From: Phoronis australis
Lineage: Eukaryota > Animalia > Phoronida
Assembly (NCBI GenBank): GCA_002633005.1
Contig: NMRA01000114.1
Coordinates: forward strand, 147,570 to 211,569
Length of the DNA stretch: 64,000 bases
Reading direction: 5' to 3'
Position numbers and translations under genes: made by a program. The notes below the pieces were generated by a model. It saw nothing but the letters and a program-made list of their open reading frames with translations, was not told the DNA's origin and did not search any database. Of this stretch, positions 1-13,826 are shown in pieces (position 1 is the first letter of the stretch; every line of letters starts with the position of its first letter).

Positions 1-240
1 TTAAAACTTACATAAAATATTAAAAAAACACACAAATGAAAATATAAGAAATAAAAAATAAAAACCAATCAAACTATTTAAAAAATAACAAATATAAAAA
101 CTAAATAAAAACTGTATATTTAAAAAAGTAAAATAATATTAAACAAATCAATAAATAAAAAAATATTTTAAAATTTACATAAAATATTAAAAAACACAAA
201 TGAAAATATAAAAAAACTAAATAAAAATGTTTTATTAAAA
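1..240. repeat. A-rich low-complexity tandem repeat, unit about 170 bp
   Basis: ttacataaaatattaaaaaa..acacaaatgaaaatata recurs at about 8 and 175. Confidence 0.75.
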
Positions 241-1098
241 GAAATCTGCAATCTTTCTGTTCTCAGTACAATTTTGCAGCGAGTTTCCCTAACAGCCCAT
301 GCTTCCGTGTGAGGTCACTCCCCAGCCATTGTCACAACGCTTACCTCTTCTGGTACGCAAGTTAATTGTTCCACCGCAATACCAACACCTTCGCACATAG
401 GAACCTGAACGTCAGTTCTCTTCGGCTGCTCTACCCTAGCTCATATATGTACATGATGCATTAGATTCGTAATAATTGGGGGGGCACTAAACTTGGGGTA
501 CTAAAGTGTGCCCTAAACCGGCTGAATTTGGCTAGGATTTGCCGCGATATGAGTGAGGGTTAGTTGACCTTTGGGGGCGGCTTGGACCCGGGGAAAGCCC
601 GGCCGGGAGTGTAGGGTGGTCCTGTTCCAAGCGATGCTCGGGTGGGAACCACCGCAGGTCCAGGTAGGTTTGTGCTTGCACCGTTATGAGGTGCAATTTC
701 CCTTGTAGTTAAGGCATAGCAGTGTCTGCTAGGTGAGTGTGGTATGGGGTCAGTAGAGGTGCCTGTAATGTGCAGCAATCACAACTTTCTCTCGGCGACC
801 AGGGTGTGGCTGGGCTTCGAGCTTGGCGGGAGCGGTACTGTTCACCGTGAGGTATCCAATCTGTCCTCGTGTGCCGTGCCCCAAGTCTAACATCGTGCCT
901 GCATCCCGGAGGGCGGGGGGGGGCAGCTTCACTGCATATGGAGTCAAATCCGGGACTGGTATTAGTCCTTTTCTCATTGGTTGTGACTACCTTTTTCTCC
1001 CATCCCCTGTCACTCCCCTACCAGGGTCAGGGCCCCCACGTGAGTTGTGGCGGTGGACAGGATTGTTCATCCATGAACAACCCTGCCCATGTGGCACA

Positions 1099-1460
1099 TA
1101 CTGAGCCACAACACCACGTTCCTTACAATATCTCTTTTTATCACTCCGGCTGGTCTGCTCACTCAGCTTGTCCGGAACCTGCTTTGCAGGTTGTTATAGC
1201 CCAGTTGGCTGTTTGGTGTACCCACTTGGTACTTTATATGATGTTTGCCCCTTTGGCAGTTTGTACCCACTTGGTACTTGTTATTGAATTTGCCGCTTTG
1301 CTCGACCCAGTTGGTAGGCAATCGGCCAATACCCATTTGGTATTATGTACCCATTTGGTACTATGCTAACCTGTGCCACTTAGTATCCGATACTCAGTTA
1401 CACTTTGGGTATCGGAAATGTGTGTGTGTTATCTCTTGTAATTAAGGAACCCATCTGGTT
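1099..1460 (-). repeat. LTR-like interspersed repeat (other copies at 56349-56676 and, truncated, at 13414-13475)
   Basis: Shared tactgagccacaacaccacgttccttacaat...tcactccggctggtctgctca and ...ttatctcttgNaattaaggaNcccatctg. Confidence 0.65.
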
Positions 1461-1669
1461 CCTTCTGTGAAATTTTTATTTGTAGAGCTGTGACCCTGAA
1501 ATTCCCAATACAACTTAAAATATTGATTATTCTTGTTGTTTTATTTGTCCCCAATAAGGTATATATTAACAATGACGTAACCTGAACTTTAACATGGTTG
1601 GCTCAACAAAGGAAAAACGAATGAATACGCTATGCATTATATTATACTATAAGAAAGATCACATTACAA

Positions 1670-4565
1670 AGGGTCAGAATAAATATTGATTAAGTAATTA
1701 GTAAGAATAGATCCATTTTGAGTTGTCCAGAATTTGTGCATATGTGCTTCTAAATCATGGGGTCAAATGTGCTAACATGTGTTTTAACGGAAAATCTATT
1801 TTAAGACGGTGTTTACAACTTTGGGTTCTGGTGTCAAAGCACTCTAGAGACTCTAAAAATTTCTGAGAACAAATTGTAATAGCCAATGATATGATTAGAT
1901 AAGATCATGCGGTTTTTATAAGCCAATCACTAATTAAATAAGTAGAATATTATAATATGCGCTTAAGTCAAGAAGATATTCAGATGCGCTATAGTAGTTG
2001 AAGCATAAGGACTTGTTACAGTGTACACAGGAAATTGTACAACGTAGCCTTCCTGTGGATAATTCTAGAGAATATCTTGGCAAGGGCAAGGGTTAACGAA
2101 CAGGAAGTTAACTAAGAGCTTGTCACTATCATCGTGGGTAGTAAGATGCTGCGTGAAGTGTTTCGTCACCAGAGACTGTGACCAGCAAGAAGAATCGTCG
2201 GTAGAAGAAATTGCCTGCAAGTGTTGCATCATCAGAGACGGCGACCAGTAAGTACACGGTCGCAATACAGTGTGTGTAGTTCGAAGATTCACCAACAGGA
2301 CAGTCATCCAACAAGCGGAGAGTCGTAACTTGGATAGCAGATAAGAAATTTCATTATTTTATTGATTGATTGATTGATTGATTGATTAAAGTAATCTTTA
2401 AAGAAGGTGCTTGCGTAATTACTCTTCATTTAAGGTAGGTGTATACACTGATCAAATCTCCAGGTTCCTAACTAAAATGAGTAAAAAGGGAGTTTTAACT
2501 AGTTAGATATGACTCTGAAAGTGACAAAAATCGAAAAAAAAAGTTTTTTTGTAGTTCGTTTTTTTAAAAAATCGTATTTTTTAATTTTCAAAAAATCCAA
2601 TTTTACCTCGAATTTTTATTCAAAATGCACAAGGATCATCATCAACCGTTTCCTTACGCAATATTCTACTCATCCATACCAAATATATGTACAAAATCAT
2701 TATGGTCTTGATTTTGTTGCATTTTTTGTGTGTGAGTTGGGGCAAGCACGCCACTTTTTGTCATTTGGTCACTTTCCGTCTAATAACTAAAAATATGGTC
2801 CATTTATCAAAAAAACCCTGGCACGCGATTTTACTTCAGTCCTAGAGGATTTCAAATTTGCAACTTTCGTAAAAATTGACCCACGTGTTGTGGAAAAATA
2901 GGCCCGAGAATCTTGTCACTATCCTGAAATCACGAGCCGAGAAAAACGGCTTTGAAGTTAAGCGGTCATCGAATGCCACTTGAAATCAAATTTCGTTCAG
3001 AATGCTTGGTCATTATGTTCCAATTTTTGTTGAAGTACTAGAAATAATGCTGATATTTACTTTATATTTAGAAAATGTGACATACCTGTTTGTTTACAGC
3101 GTAATTTTAATCATTTTTTCGAACTTGTGAAGCACGACAGACGACCAAAACAAATATGGCTGTCACGTGGGCGGAGCTTAGCGTTGATCTATATTTTCTG
3201 CTGTACTTGTGTGCAGACCACACATTAAGACCATGTGTTGATTGTTTATACGATTCATCTGAACTCTCCACTCAGTTAGTAAAAGACTCTCTAACTATAT
3301 TACGCAGACCTATTTGTTACTATTCCAATATTGTCATCAACCAATATATGTGTTATATCAAATCGCCGCGTTAATGCCTACATAACAATATTGGCGACAA
3401 GGATAAAGAACTACTTTCATAGTATTGGTTCAATATTTTTACGTGCCTGTACCGAATGGACTTCGGGATAAGAAAATATCACTTTCTGCGCAAATAGCGT
3501 CGCTTGGGTGAGATTCCCAAGTTACTAAAGTTTCTTATATTGCTTTCCTCTTAAATCGTATAATATCATGAGTTTTAATTCAGGGTTAGGTTTGAATCTA
3601 TGCACTAGAAAATTTTTGTTATGTTGAACACTGAGTCATTTCTCTAATTCTTTGGCTTACGGCCAGTGGCAAGTTAAAAAATCCTCTGGGTTTGACAGCC
3701 TAGTTTCTCCACGGCGTGTTCCCAGCACAGAAGCACAGTTATATCTGCGAAGACTTTACTCTGACGGCATGTAGTTGTCCATGTGTCGCGCGCGCGGCTT
3801 GTCTTCACAGCGCGTGCATGCACTCTCACCGAATTGTGCAACACCACCCACGTCGACACTCAGCGTCCTCTCGCAAGACACCTGACCTTATATTACCGAC
3901 TTCTGTTATACATGCACAATTTCTGCACGGACTCCTCAAGCTGAGTGCAGTGATGGCTTCGGTAGGGCTTGGCGTACTCAACTTGATTTTTTTGCAGATA
4001 GACTAACAGGCTCAGCCTCGGAACAGGAGCTAGTTCACCATTTCACTACCAACTTCCACATGGTCAAAAATAGAATTATTTTATTCTTGGTCTTGCTTCA
4101 ACACCAATATCAGCTGGTACAGCGCTATCGATTGCCCGGTTACGCAATGCTTGTTGACAGGGTTAGATTAGAGCTAGTGTCCTTGTATATAAGCTCCGCC
4201 CCAGTTGTCAATCACTGAGCTGGTGAGCACTTAAGCCATATGACTTACTGAGGCTTGGTCAAATATAGCTAAAAAAAACAACTTTGGATTTTGAGAATGA
4301 TTTTATTTTTCTTCAGTATACTGTGCATCAAGAATTAAAGATAAGGATGACATAAAAATGTAAAAAACAGTCAAAATTAATTTTTTTGTGTATCCACCTA
4401 CCTTAAGTTTGTAATTGATTATTTTATTAACAACAGGGTTCACTAGTCGAATTAGTGGTTATCATACAATAAATTAATTCCTGGATTTAATTATTCACTC
4501 TCCATCTACGCACAATCTCAGAGCATAGCTATCTTTTAAACAAACCCACTGTCAATCTCTGACAC
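1670..4565. repeat. Interspersed repeat family, interrupted by the 2434-4402 element. Related copies at 9400-11480, 52700-52850 and, inverted, 54150-54490
   Basis: 1810-2350 matches 9400-9945 and 4405-4565 matches 11225-11385. The reverse complement of 1676-1760 appears at 11390-11480 and 54410-54490. Confidence 0.8.
2434..4402. mobile_element. Non-autonomous DNA transposon with TTAA TSD (Kolobok-like ends)
   Basis: TTAA-GGTAGGTGTATACAC ... GTGTATCCACCTACC-TTAA. Missing from the related repeat copy near 11225. No transposase ORF seen. Confidence 0.85.
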
Positions 4566-5729
4566 AAAGTAAAGCAAGAACTAAAAATCAAGAATAAAAA
4601 TGGCTAGGCAGGCGCAACTATATGGTTGTATGATTGAAGTTCATTATACAGCGCAGGGAAACAAGTATCGGGGATGAAAGGAAAGCCACATATCTCTGAC
4701 ACTTTTAAAATTTTAAAACTTTAGCGATGCTGAGGTGCACAGATTGACCATTTTTCTGAATATTTTTGTAACAGTGAATTTTTGTGGCTCAGGAAAAGGC
4801 GTGTATGGAGTGAGTAAATATCTTTTCAGTTATGTTTCGTGGAATAAATAATATAACTATTAATAATTTTTGGAAGAAAGTTGCTTAGGCTCTTGGCTTG
4901 AGTTAGTGGTATTGGTAATAATGGGTTGAGCGGTGGAATTAGTACAAAAATTGGCGTATCTTGAGGAGACATTTCGTTTGGGTGAATCAAGATTGATATC
5001 ATCATGAAAATCTGAGAAATATGGGGTAAGAGCTTATCACAAGACTTAAACAAAAATTTTAGACAGGATATATGAAAAATTTTGTTGAAGGAAAGAAGAT
5101 TCAGAGACTAAAATAACTGGTCAGTGTGATCTAAGAAGTATGATGAGGTATATTTCGAACAGCACGTTTTTGTAATGCTTGTAATCGAAGACAGTTGTGG
5201 AAATACCAGCATGTTACATCAAAAATAAAGTGTGGTAAAATGAAAGCTTCAGGTTTGTAGCTCCTCAGTTCGGTTTTAACCATACATTAATAGAGCATAA
5301 AAATATTTCCAGATGATCAGTGCAATGGGCCCACATGCGAGGCCTGCGCACGTCTGGTACAACGTGTATCAGTCGCCTGCAATTATTTTTTAAAGCTTCA
5401 TGAATCAAAACGAGAACATGTTGATGAAACGTTCCTTTTAACATGTGCAGTACTCCACATGTTTTATCAGTCTTGTAGATTCGTCCTCGTGCAACAATGG
5501 CAGGAAGTACAGTCATAAAGTCTTAGTCTTTCAAACACGGATACTACCCATTGACACACAATGTTGACTAAAGCACAAGAAACAGCTCTATTTGCAACCT
5601 TGGAATCGGATGCTTTCAGAGACAAGTTACAACAAACTTAATGATTCTGGGCGGATTTTCAAAAAACTCAACAATCTGTGAACAAATCCAGGAAAACTGC
5701 ATGAAGTAGCGGCCAAAAAACATAGGACA

Positions 5730-7760
5730 TTGACCAGCTAAATTACGAAAGGTCACAGCTTCGCGAGGAATTTAACCAAGATGCGGCATATTAAATGTAG
5801 CTTTGAAAAGCAGCAAATGTCTACAACCCAACGGACTGGGATTATTACATGTATTCCAAAACCGGACAAGCCGAAACAGTTTCTGAAAAACTGGGGACCA
5901 ATAACTTTATTGAATAGTGTACATAAACTGGCTTTGGAATGCGTTACAATTTGTTTAAAAAAATAAGACAAACCGATTACAAATACCCAAACTAAATTTA
6001 TTAAAGGAAGATTTACAGCTGAGAACACAAGACTAATGTGTGATATTATGAGTTATACAGACAAACAAAACATTACAGGACTACTTGTGTTCTGGGACTT
6101 TGTGTTCAAAGTCATGAATAATTTCAATCTATTTCAAAGCCAATATCATTCGATATATCTGAAGATTTCATAATAAAGCAAGTGTCCGTGATATAGAAAA
6201 GAGGATTTCCGTCAGACAACTTCATACTCGAAGGCAGATATGGACAAGGTGATCCTCTCTCCGCTTATATCTTTATACCATGTGCGGAAATTTTGTCGAT
6301 ATTGTTTAAACATGATCCTGAAGTGAAAGGTATTAAAATCGACAACGAAGACTACCAAATACGCAGAATACACAATCTTCACACTAGGCAGAACTCCAAG
6401 AACCCTGGCAGCACAACTTAGAGGTTGATGCATTGATATCAGGACTGGAGGAGTGTGAATTGGAAGTATAAAATTCAATCAAGTGTTTCACCGCACGCGT
6501 GGGGTGATGTTGATTTTAAGCTTCTGGGTATTAATTTCAATGTGAACTTGGAAACTATGTTCAAAGATAACTTTGATGCAAAAATGATGGAAATGAAGAA
6601 TCTGATTAACAAATGGTCTCGTAGAAAGCTAACTATCTTTAGAAAGGTCAGAGTATTAAAAACACTCTTGTCTTTAAACAATTCATGGATTAGAAGGTTC
6701 TTTTTAACAAAAACTTCATGGACGCTCTTGTTCCAAAAAGTTATCGGGCTTACAAGAGATGGGATACTGAGGTATGGAAGCTACAGGTTAACTTGATTAG
6801 ATACCTTTAATTCTTTTTGGAAAGGATTCTTCCAGTTTTGGAGCTTTTTAGTTCCCAAACAACTATTTCAGGACACGAAGATGCGGCATCAATTAATGTG
6901 TGGCCCAACAGTAATATTACGATGGAATACAGCCCTTAGATTTATGAGTCATTCGTTGAAAAATGTATAATACTTGTGAACGATTTTTGATTGGAATGGT
7001 TATTTATAAACCTTTCAAAGTTTCCAGACCATTCACCAGAATAATGCCAGCTTTCTCAACTACTACTCAATTGTTAGTGCAATGAATATATATTTGACTA
7101 CGTTTAACAAAAAAATCATTCTAAAAAGGTATATGCACCACTTTTACCTTCTACTATAAAAAAATTATTTTGGCGAAACAGGGATTTCTGAATTCTTACC
7201 ATATTTTGTGCAAATTAACACCATCGGCAGAAAAAAGCCAAAATATTGGGATTTTCGCTATCAGAGAAGATGTGGAATTTCTGTTACAAACTTCTTCATG
7301 AATGTTTGAACGATATAAAATTACTTTCTTTTCAGTTCCACTTGCTGCAGAGAATTCTACCTATTAACTATTTTAAGTAAGATTAGATATGTGCACTCAA
7401 ATGCTTGTACTTTTTCTAAATACTTCCCTCGATACTTTAGAACATTTAATTTTTGAATGTGAATATGTTAACTCCTTCTGACATGGGTTACGTCTCTGGT
7501 TTATGACTGCAATGTAAGTGAATTTTAAAATCGAAAAAACCTCCAGCATATTTGGTTTTCAAACTGAAGAGAATAGAGCTGGTTCCTTTTACAAACTAAA
7601 ATTTTCACTTTTAAATGAAATTTGCTAAGGTCAACCCTAATTTAATATGTTTAATTTTTTGAGGTTGTGCTTTTATGTAGAAGTCACTGCTTCTTTAGAC
7701 AAACGGAAATTTAATGATACAAACAAATGAGAGGATTGGAAATGTGTTTTTGAAACATGA
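5730..7760 (+). mobile_element. Decayed L1/Tx1-clade LINE ORF2 (reverse transcriptase plus C-terminal zinc knuckle)
   Basis: Motifs across frames: QRTGIITCIPKPDK..NWGPITLLN, FIKGRFTAENTRL, QGDPLSAYIFI..AEIL, KLLGINF, WSRRKLTIFRKVRVLKTL, LLQRILP and LEHLIFEC. Many stops and frameshifts. Confidence 0.9.
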
Positions 7761-8058
7761 AGGGAGCCAGAGAATTCACCAGATGCCCGAGCAGAAAGTT
7801 AGCTCGTAATTTCTAAATGCATGGAACTTGGAAGAAACATTCAAATGTTTTCTCGTTTTTGCACATATGTTGTTCTTTTGTGCATATTTGTGTATCTCCC
7901 TGTGTTTGTAATGGGTGTACAAAAGATGAAAAATATCCTAGCCCAATGATAAAATCAGACGATTTAGAACGGTATTTCCAATCTCTTCGTATTGCGTAAG
8001 TAATGTATCTGTAACAGACTGGCTCGCACTGTTATGGGCCTACTAACGTAAATACCTA

Positions 8059-8390
8059 ATGATTCCTCAACCACACTGGTGCATTGATATCATCTGCCTC
8101 CAGGAATCCTGGTTAAGCGAAAATGATAACCCGAATTCATTTCAACTTTCGTGGCATTCTATTGTACCAATGCCATTTCATGCGTCCTGTTCTCGTCAGG
8201 AAGGTCTCATCATATATGTTAAAAACTACTTGGAAATTAGAAAGCTCACTGGATTTAACAATTTTACTTCATGATCAGGACTAATAGCTCATGCAAGAAC
8301 TCCTGAGAATAAAACATTGACTATTGTTAATGTTTACTGACCGCCCGCAAATGACACGAAGACATTCTTCAATGAACATACAGTACAGCA
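8059..8390 (+). mobile_element. LINE apurinic-like endonuclease fragment (CR1/L2-like)
   Basis: DIICLQESWL, EGLIIYVK and TIVNVY*PP motifs of non-LTR retrotransposon endonucleases. Confidence 0.8.
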
Positions 8391-9945
8391 ACTGAATTAT
8401 TGGACTTCGTCTGTTCTGCCTCACGCCTGACCAGACCGGAGCGTAACCGTAACGGTCTTCTCACGTCTTCTCTTTTTTTTCAAAGTGATATATATTTATT
8501 GAAGAATACACAGAACATACAAAGAAATAATAACAAACCCAGAAACCGCGAAGCATTATATCTGGGTCTTCTCTCCGTTAGCTCTCACGCTTACCTGTGG
8601 TTTGGTTAACGCCTTCCTCGCGTAGTACCTTTTCTTCATAAAGGGATTACTTAGGAAGCTGTCAATGTTTTGTCTTGTTTCCAGTTTAAACAAATACTCC
8701 TGTTTTTCGAACACTCCGTCATTCAGTTGCCAAATCGATACTGTTTGCGAAAGCTGTTATACTGTGGGTGTGATTTTAAGTGCTTGAAGTCAAAATTTTA
8801 GAAGGTTAAATGGACTAGATGGTTGTAATCAAAATGCCCAACTGGTCGTCATCCCCCGCCGTATTCCTGGGACAGGGGGAACCTCTTCTCAATTTTTCGT
8901 AAATTTAATTACTTAGGAGGCTGCAATGGTAATTAAATTGAATTGCCTAGGTGGTCAGCTTCCCCGTCGTAATTTGAGGACAAGGAAAAGCCCCTGTCCA
9001 TTTGGTCAGACGTTGATTACCTTAAGCGTCAATCGATTTAACTATAGTATAAGTACGTGATAAAAAAAATCAATTTCAATCACTGAACTGGTATATCAGC
9101 TGACTTATTTTCAGTCTCATCAACCAATCTAATTGTTGGAAAGTCAACATTTTATGCGAAAGATCAGACGCATAAAAATTTGTTAGGCTGGTGGTGGATC
9201 AATTCCTGTTAAGTTGGTCTGAAAAAATTGCATGCCAACTCACTCGTAAATGTTAAATAAGTGTTAGCAGTTCGCGTTTTTTATCAGTTGGACTTGTTTT
9301 GCAGCTCAGTCCGGAGACATGAATATGCAAATAGAATATAAAGATAAAGACCTTTTGGCTTAAGAAGCAAGTACCACAGAACATGGATCTATTTTTATAT
9401 GTGTTTACAACTTTGGGTTCTGGGTTCAAAGTACTTTAGAGATTCTAGAAAATTCTGAGAACAAAGTGTAACAGCCAATAGTACGATTGGATATGATCAT
9501 GTGGTATTTATTAGCCAATCACTAAATAAGTAGAATGTTATATTATGGGCTAAAATCAACAAGATAATCAGATGCGCTATAGTAGTTGAAGAATAGAGAC
9601 TTGCTACGGTGTTCAGAAGCAATTGTACGACAGAGCCATCTCGTGGAAGACTCTAGAAAGGATCTTGGCAAGGGCAAGGGTTAACGAACAGGAAGTTAAC
9701 TAAGAGCTTGTCATTTGCATTGTGGGTAGTGAGATACTACCTGAAGTCTTGCGTCATCAGCAAGAGACTGTGACCCGCAAGAAGAATCGCCGGTGGCAGA
9801 AATTGCTTGCAAGTGTTGCATCACTAGAGACGGTGACCAGCAATTACACTTTCGCTATACAGTGTGTGTAATTCGAAGATTCATCAACATGACAGACATC
9901 CAACAAGTGGAAAATCCTAGTTTGGATAGCAGATAAGACATTTGA

Positions 9946-11172
9946 TTATTATTTGGCGAAATAAATTTCGCCAAGTATGTTGCTCTGTCACTAAGTTTTT
10001 TTTTTGTTTTTCGTACGATACAGGTTGCAATTTTCGTCCGATCATCACGAAATTTACACATAACACGTAGTTTTGAAAGTACTAGAAGCCTGTTGTTTTT
10101 CATCATAATCGGATCCAATATGGCGGTTGTGGCGGCCATTTTGTTTTTGTTTTAAGATTCAAAGGCTTCTGGAGGCTACAATTTTTTACGTACAAAACTA
10201 AGAATCGGCACAGTAAATGAACTGGAAGTGTGCTACGAGTATACCGGAAATTGTAATTTCCGGTTAAAAATGGCGGAAATATAGGCGATCGCGCATGCGC
10301 ATCTCGATTTTGGCCTAAAAGCGTTTTGTCCTGTAGAGGGCGCATCATAGGGCTAATTCCTTCAATTTTTTTCAGATATTAGTTTTTTATAATATGCTAA
10401 TATATAAAGCCAAAAAACCGGAATTTGGTTTCAAGATGGCGGATCTGGCCCATGTTGACCCATTTTCAGTCGTGCTGGAGTGCGATTTTAAACGGGAAGA
10501 AAAAAGACGTGATTTTTTGCATGCGGATTCTTTGAGGTACACTCTTTCAAATGACGTGTAATAATTTTTTTCAGACTTACCGTTTTCGAGTTATTTGACT
10601 TTGAAATTCTTAAAAAACGCAAATTTTTTTCGAAACATTTACGGAATTAGGCGATACCATTAGTTAAGATAGAACTTTGAACGGGCTTTCAGAAGATTTT
10701 TCCATTTTTTTCCAGGACGTCTACATTTTGACTTATTTGAGGTTTTCTGATAACGCTGTTCCCTGGTTGAGCGCTCTTGCTGCATTTATGTCGGTTTAGC
10801 TTTTATTGAACTGGAGTGTAGGCTATTTCTTATTGATTTATGACATCTAAGTTCGTCATATGAATGTTACTATGTTGTTCATCATCTCCACCACCATCAT
10901 CATTTTTGTCATCTTCGTCATCATCTCCGACGTCTTCTTTTCTTCAGTTAATTTCGCGAAGTGTCGCTCAAGACTGTAGCCTATTTCTTAGTGATTTCTG
11001 ACCTCTACATTCGTCATATGAATGATATCATAACTTGCATTGTCCGTCATCGCCACCATCGTCGTCATAGCTGTTATCTTCGTCATATCTCTGTCGTCGT
11101 CTTTTCTGGTCATCTCTAACAAGGTTTTTTTGGTTAATTTCGCCAAGTTTCGCTCTTCGGAGCGCTTTCATT
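9946..11172 (+). mobile_element. Non-autonomous insertion resembling a Helentron-associated (HINE-type) element
   Basis: Absent from the related repeat copy near 2350 and inserted in a T-rich site. 5' hairpin ttggcgaaataaatttcgccaa, partly repeated at the 3' end and followed by the short palindrome cgctcttcggagcg. Internal duplication of 10810-10980 at 10970-11160. Confidence 0.55.
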
Positions 11173-13826
11173 TTGGTTGATTGATTAAAGTAATCTTTAA
11201 AGAGGGCGCTAGTGTAGTTACTCTTCTTTGTAGTTGATTAATTAATAAAAAGCAGGTTTCATTTGTCTAATTAGTGGTCATCATGTAATAAACTAATTAC
11301 TGGGTTTAATTATTCACTCTCCATCTACGCACAATCACAAAGCATAGCTACCTTTTAAACAAACCCACAGTCAATCTCCGACAACCACATGGTTTAAAAG
11401 TACATACATGTATGCATAAATTTTGGGCAACTTAAAACGGAACTGCGTGTACTAATTACTTAATCAATATTTATTCTGTCAGTGAATGTTATTAACCAGA
11501 TGTCCTCAAAGCCATGTAAGTTTTTGTCATAATCGGATAAAAAATACATTTCTTCACAAGAGATGCATTCACGAAACTAACTCAAGTTCTTGTTAGAGGA
11601 ACTGATGCAGAGTCCATGCTAAGTTGTCACTGCGTCAGCCTCGTTTTGAAGTTGATATTCATAGGAGAGAGAAATGCAACAATAAAGACAAATAAGAGTC
11701 GATTTCACAGATCTTTATTTTGCTTTAGTCAGCAGTACACTTGTGTAAATGTCAGCAATGTCACTGGTCTTTCACTAGTCTGAAAAGGAAGTTTAAAACA
11801 GTCATTATGCAATTACAGTGGTGATATAGTCGAACACCGAATAAAAGACACTTAAGTACAGACTGACACAGAAGTATAGTAAAGAATTTTCAAAATACAA
11901 CTGAGAGCTATACATGTAGTTTTAGTTCGAAGAATAGATTTCTGGCCACAGTGTCGACATGTCTCAGTGTCAAAAAAATCAATCACAACTTTTGCATCTG
12001 ACTCAAAAAATCAATCACATCTTTTGGATCTGACTACAAAGTAATTTTCTTTCCGTTGAGAAGCCTCCTATGCCCATTTGCATGAAACAGTATGTCAGGG
12101 TTGACTGATTGATCGAGGAATTTTTTTGAAAACAAATACCAGGAAACTGATATACTTCTGTTTTTGAATAAGAAGTTTTTTAGCCATAACCTACTTTTCA
12201 TTCAAAACGGTGGCTGTCGTTTGCTTTCAACCCCTGTCGCCTGCTGTCCGAGAAACCGGCTGCGATTCCAGGTGGCGGTCAGACAGATCAAAATTGCCAA
12301 AAATGTATCTTTTAAGGGGCATACTATGACCACAATTTTAGAATCTAAAGAGTTCGAGCACTCTCAATCTGTAGTCGGATTGTTCCTAGCACTTGCAGGG
12401 AAGTTGCAATTCTGGGGAGAAAACTATCAAATTTGGTGTTTTTGGTAATATTTTAGTGTGCCGGGATTTTTTGCCGATGCGAATTAACTGGTTAAAAATC
12501 TGTGGCGTAAATAAGTTTGAGTTGTCACGAGTAGTGCTTGTGAGTTACAAAACCCTTTGTTTTTTCAGATACTCGATTAGCACGTGAGGAAAGGGCCCAT
12601 CTGTACTTTGATGTGTGTCGGCAGCCAAAAGTCTGTTGTACATGTAACTGTAGTTTGCCCCCTTGAGAACTGACTTATTTCCAAGGACTCGCAGCTTTCG
12701 TCTATGAACACCGGTAGGCAGTGACGAAATTTTCGCGCTAACCAGTCAGTCATCAATCTATAGTAGGAGGAGTAAAGCGGCTCTAACACGTCGAAAAAAA
12801 CAATTTCGCAGAATATTCCAGAAGTGGTGATTTATATTTTTTCCATTTTAAACTAGTTATTCACCAGGACGAATCCATGGTAATCTTCGTCGTCAGAAAT
12901 ATCCCCGTGTTGATAATAATAGCATTAACGTTTAAAATGATGAACAGATATTTCTTAAAAAACGACAATAACTCTAAGTTAAAGTATTTTCAATTTATGG
13001 ATCAGGGGAACTAACATCGTCTCAGACTTGGACTCTGAACTTAGTCAATCAACCCTGGCTGTTCAATAAGCCGCCACTAGATTCTGCACCACAAGATATG
13101 TCGTATGACTCCAAGGCTAGAGTTCAGTAACTCTCTCGGTGCTAAAGAAATCTAGCTAAAATCACGTGTTCTCATTTAAAGTACATTGCAATAGCCCGCA
13201 TAATCTCGCTACGTCGTGGTTTTCCATCGAGGCCTAACGTTACATAACTCTACCCAGTATTGGAAAAGTAGAACCTTTAGTCGTATGTCCAAGATTTGGA
13301 AGGATCTTGGTTAGGCTAAAAAAGCGTGACAGGCTCTAGTCTGTGTTTTTGAGATTTGATGCGGTTATACGGTATGCATGTAGTTTTACACGTTTAGAAG
13401 TCACATAATACGATGTACTGAGCCACAACACCACGTTCCCTACAATGTATTTTATCACTCCGGCTGGTCTGCTCAGACGATGTGGTAAACTGACTGACAG
13501 GGGGTGATTGTGGTCGTGGGTGTGTGGTGCTGACTGCAACCCAAACCAAAAATTGTTCAAAAATTAGAGTCAAGTGAAGGAGCAGCCTCGTTATTTTATG
13601 CGCAACTGATTGCCGCGGCGTATAAGTAATCTGTGTTCTGCGATCGTGTACTTCGCAGAGACCTACTGCAAAGCTTAAATGTCCACATCGACGTGGCGAG
13701 GACTACCGACATTTGCCACCAGTGAATGACTGTTTGGGAGCCCTCTTCAGTCAACATTCCTCTCCCCGCGATAACCACAAAGTATTTCAACCGAGTCACG
13801 TGAATTATGAGACAAAGGCTAGCACA

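Noticed and set aside
869-1369. 166-aa ORF with repeated CTHLVL
   Set aside because: It has a non-ATG start, spans a repeat junction and reflects short DNA repeats within the LTR-like element.
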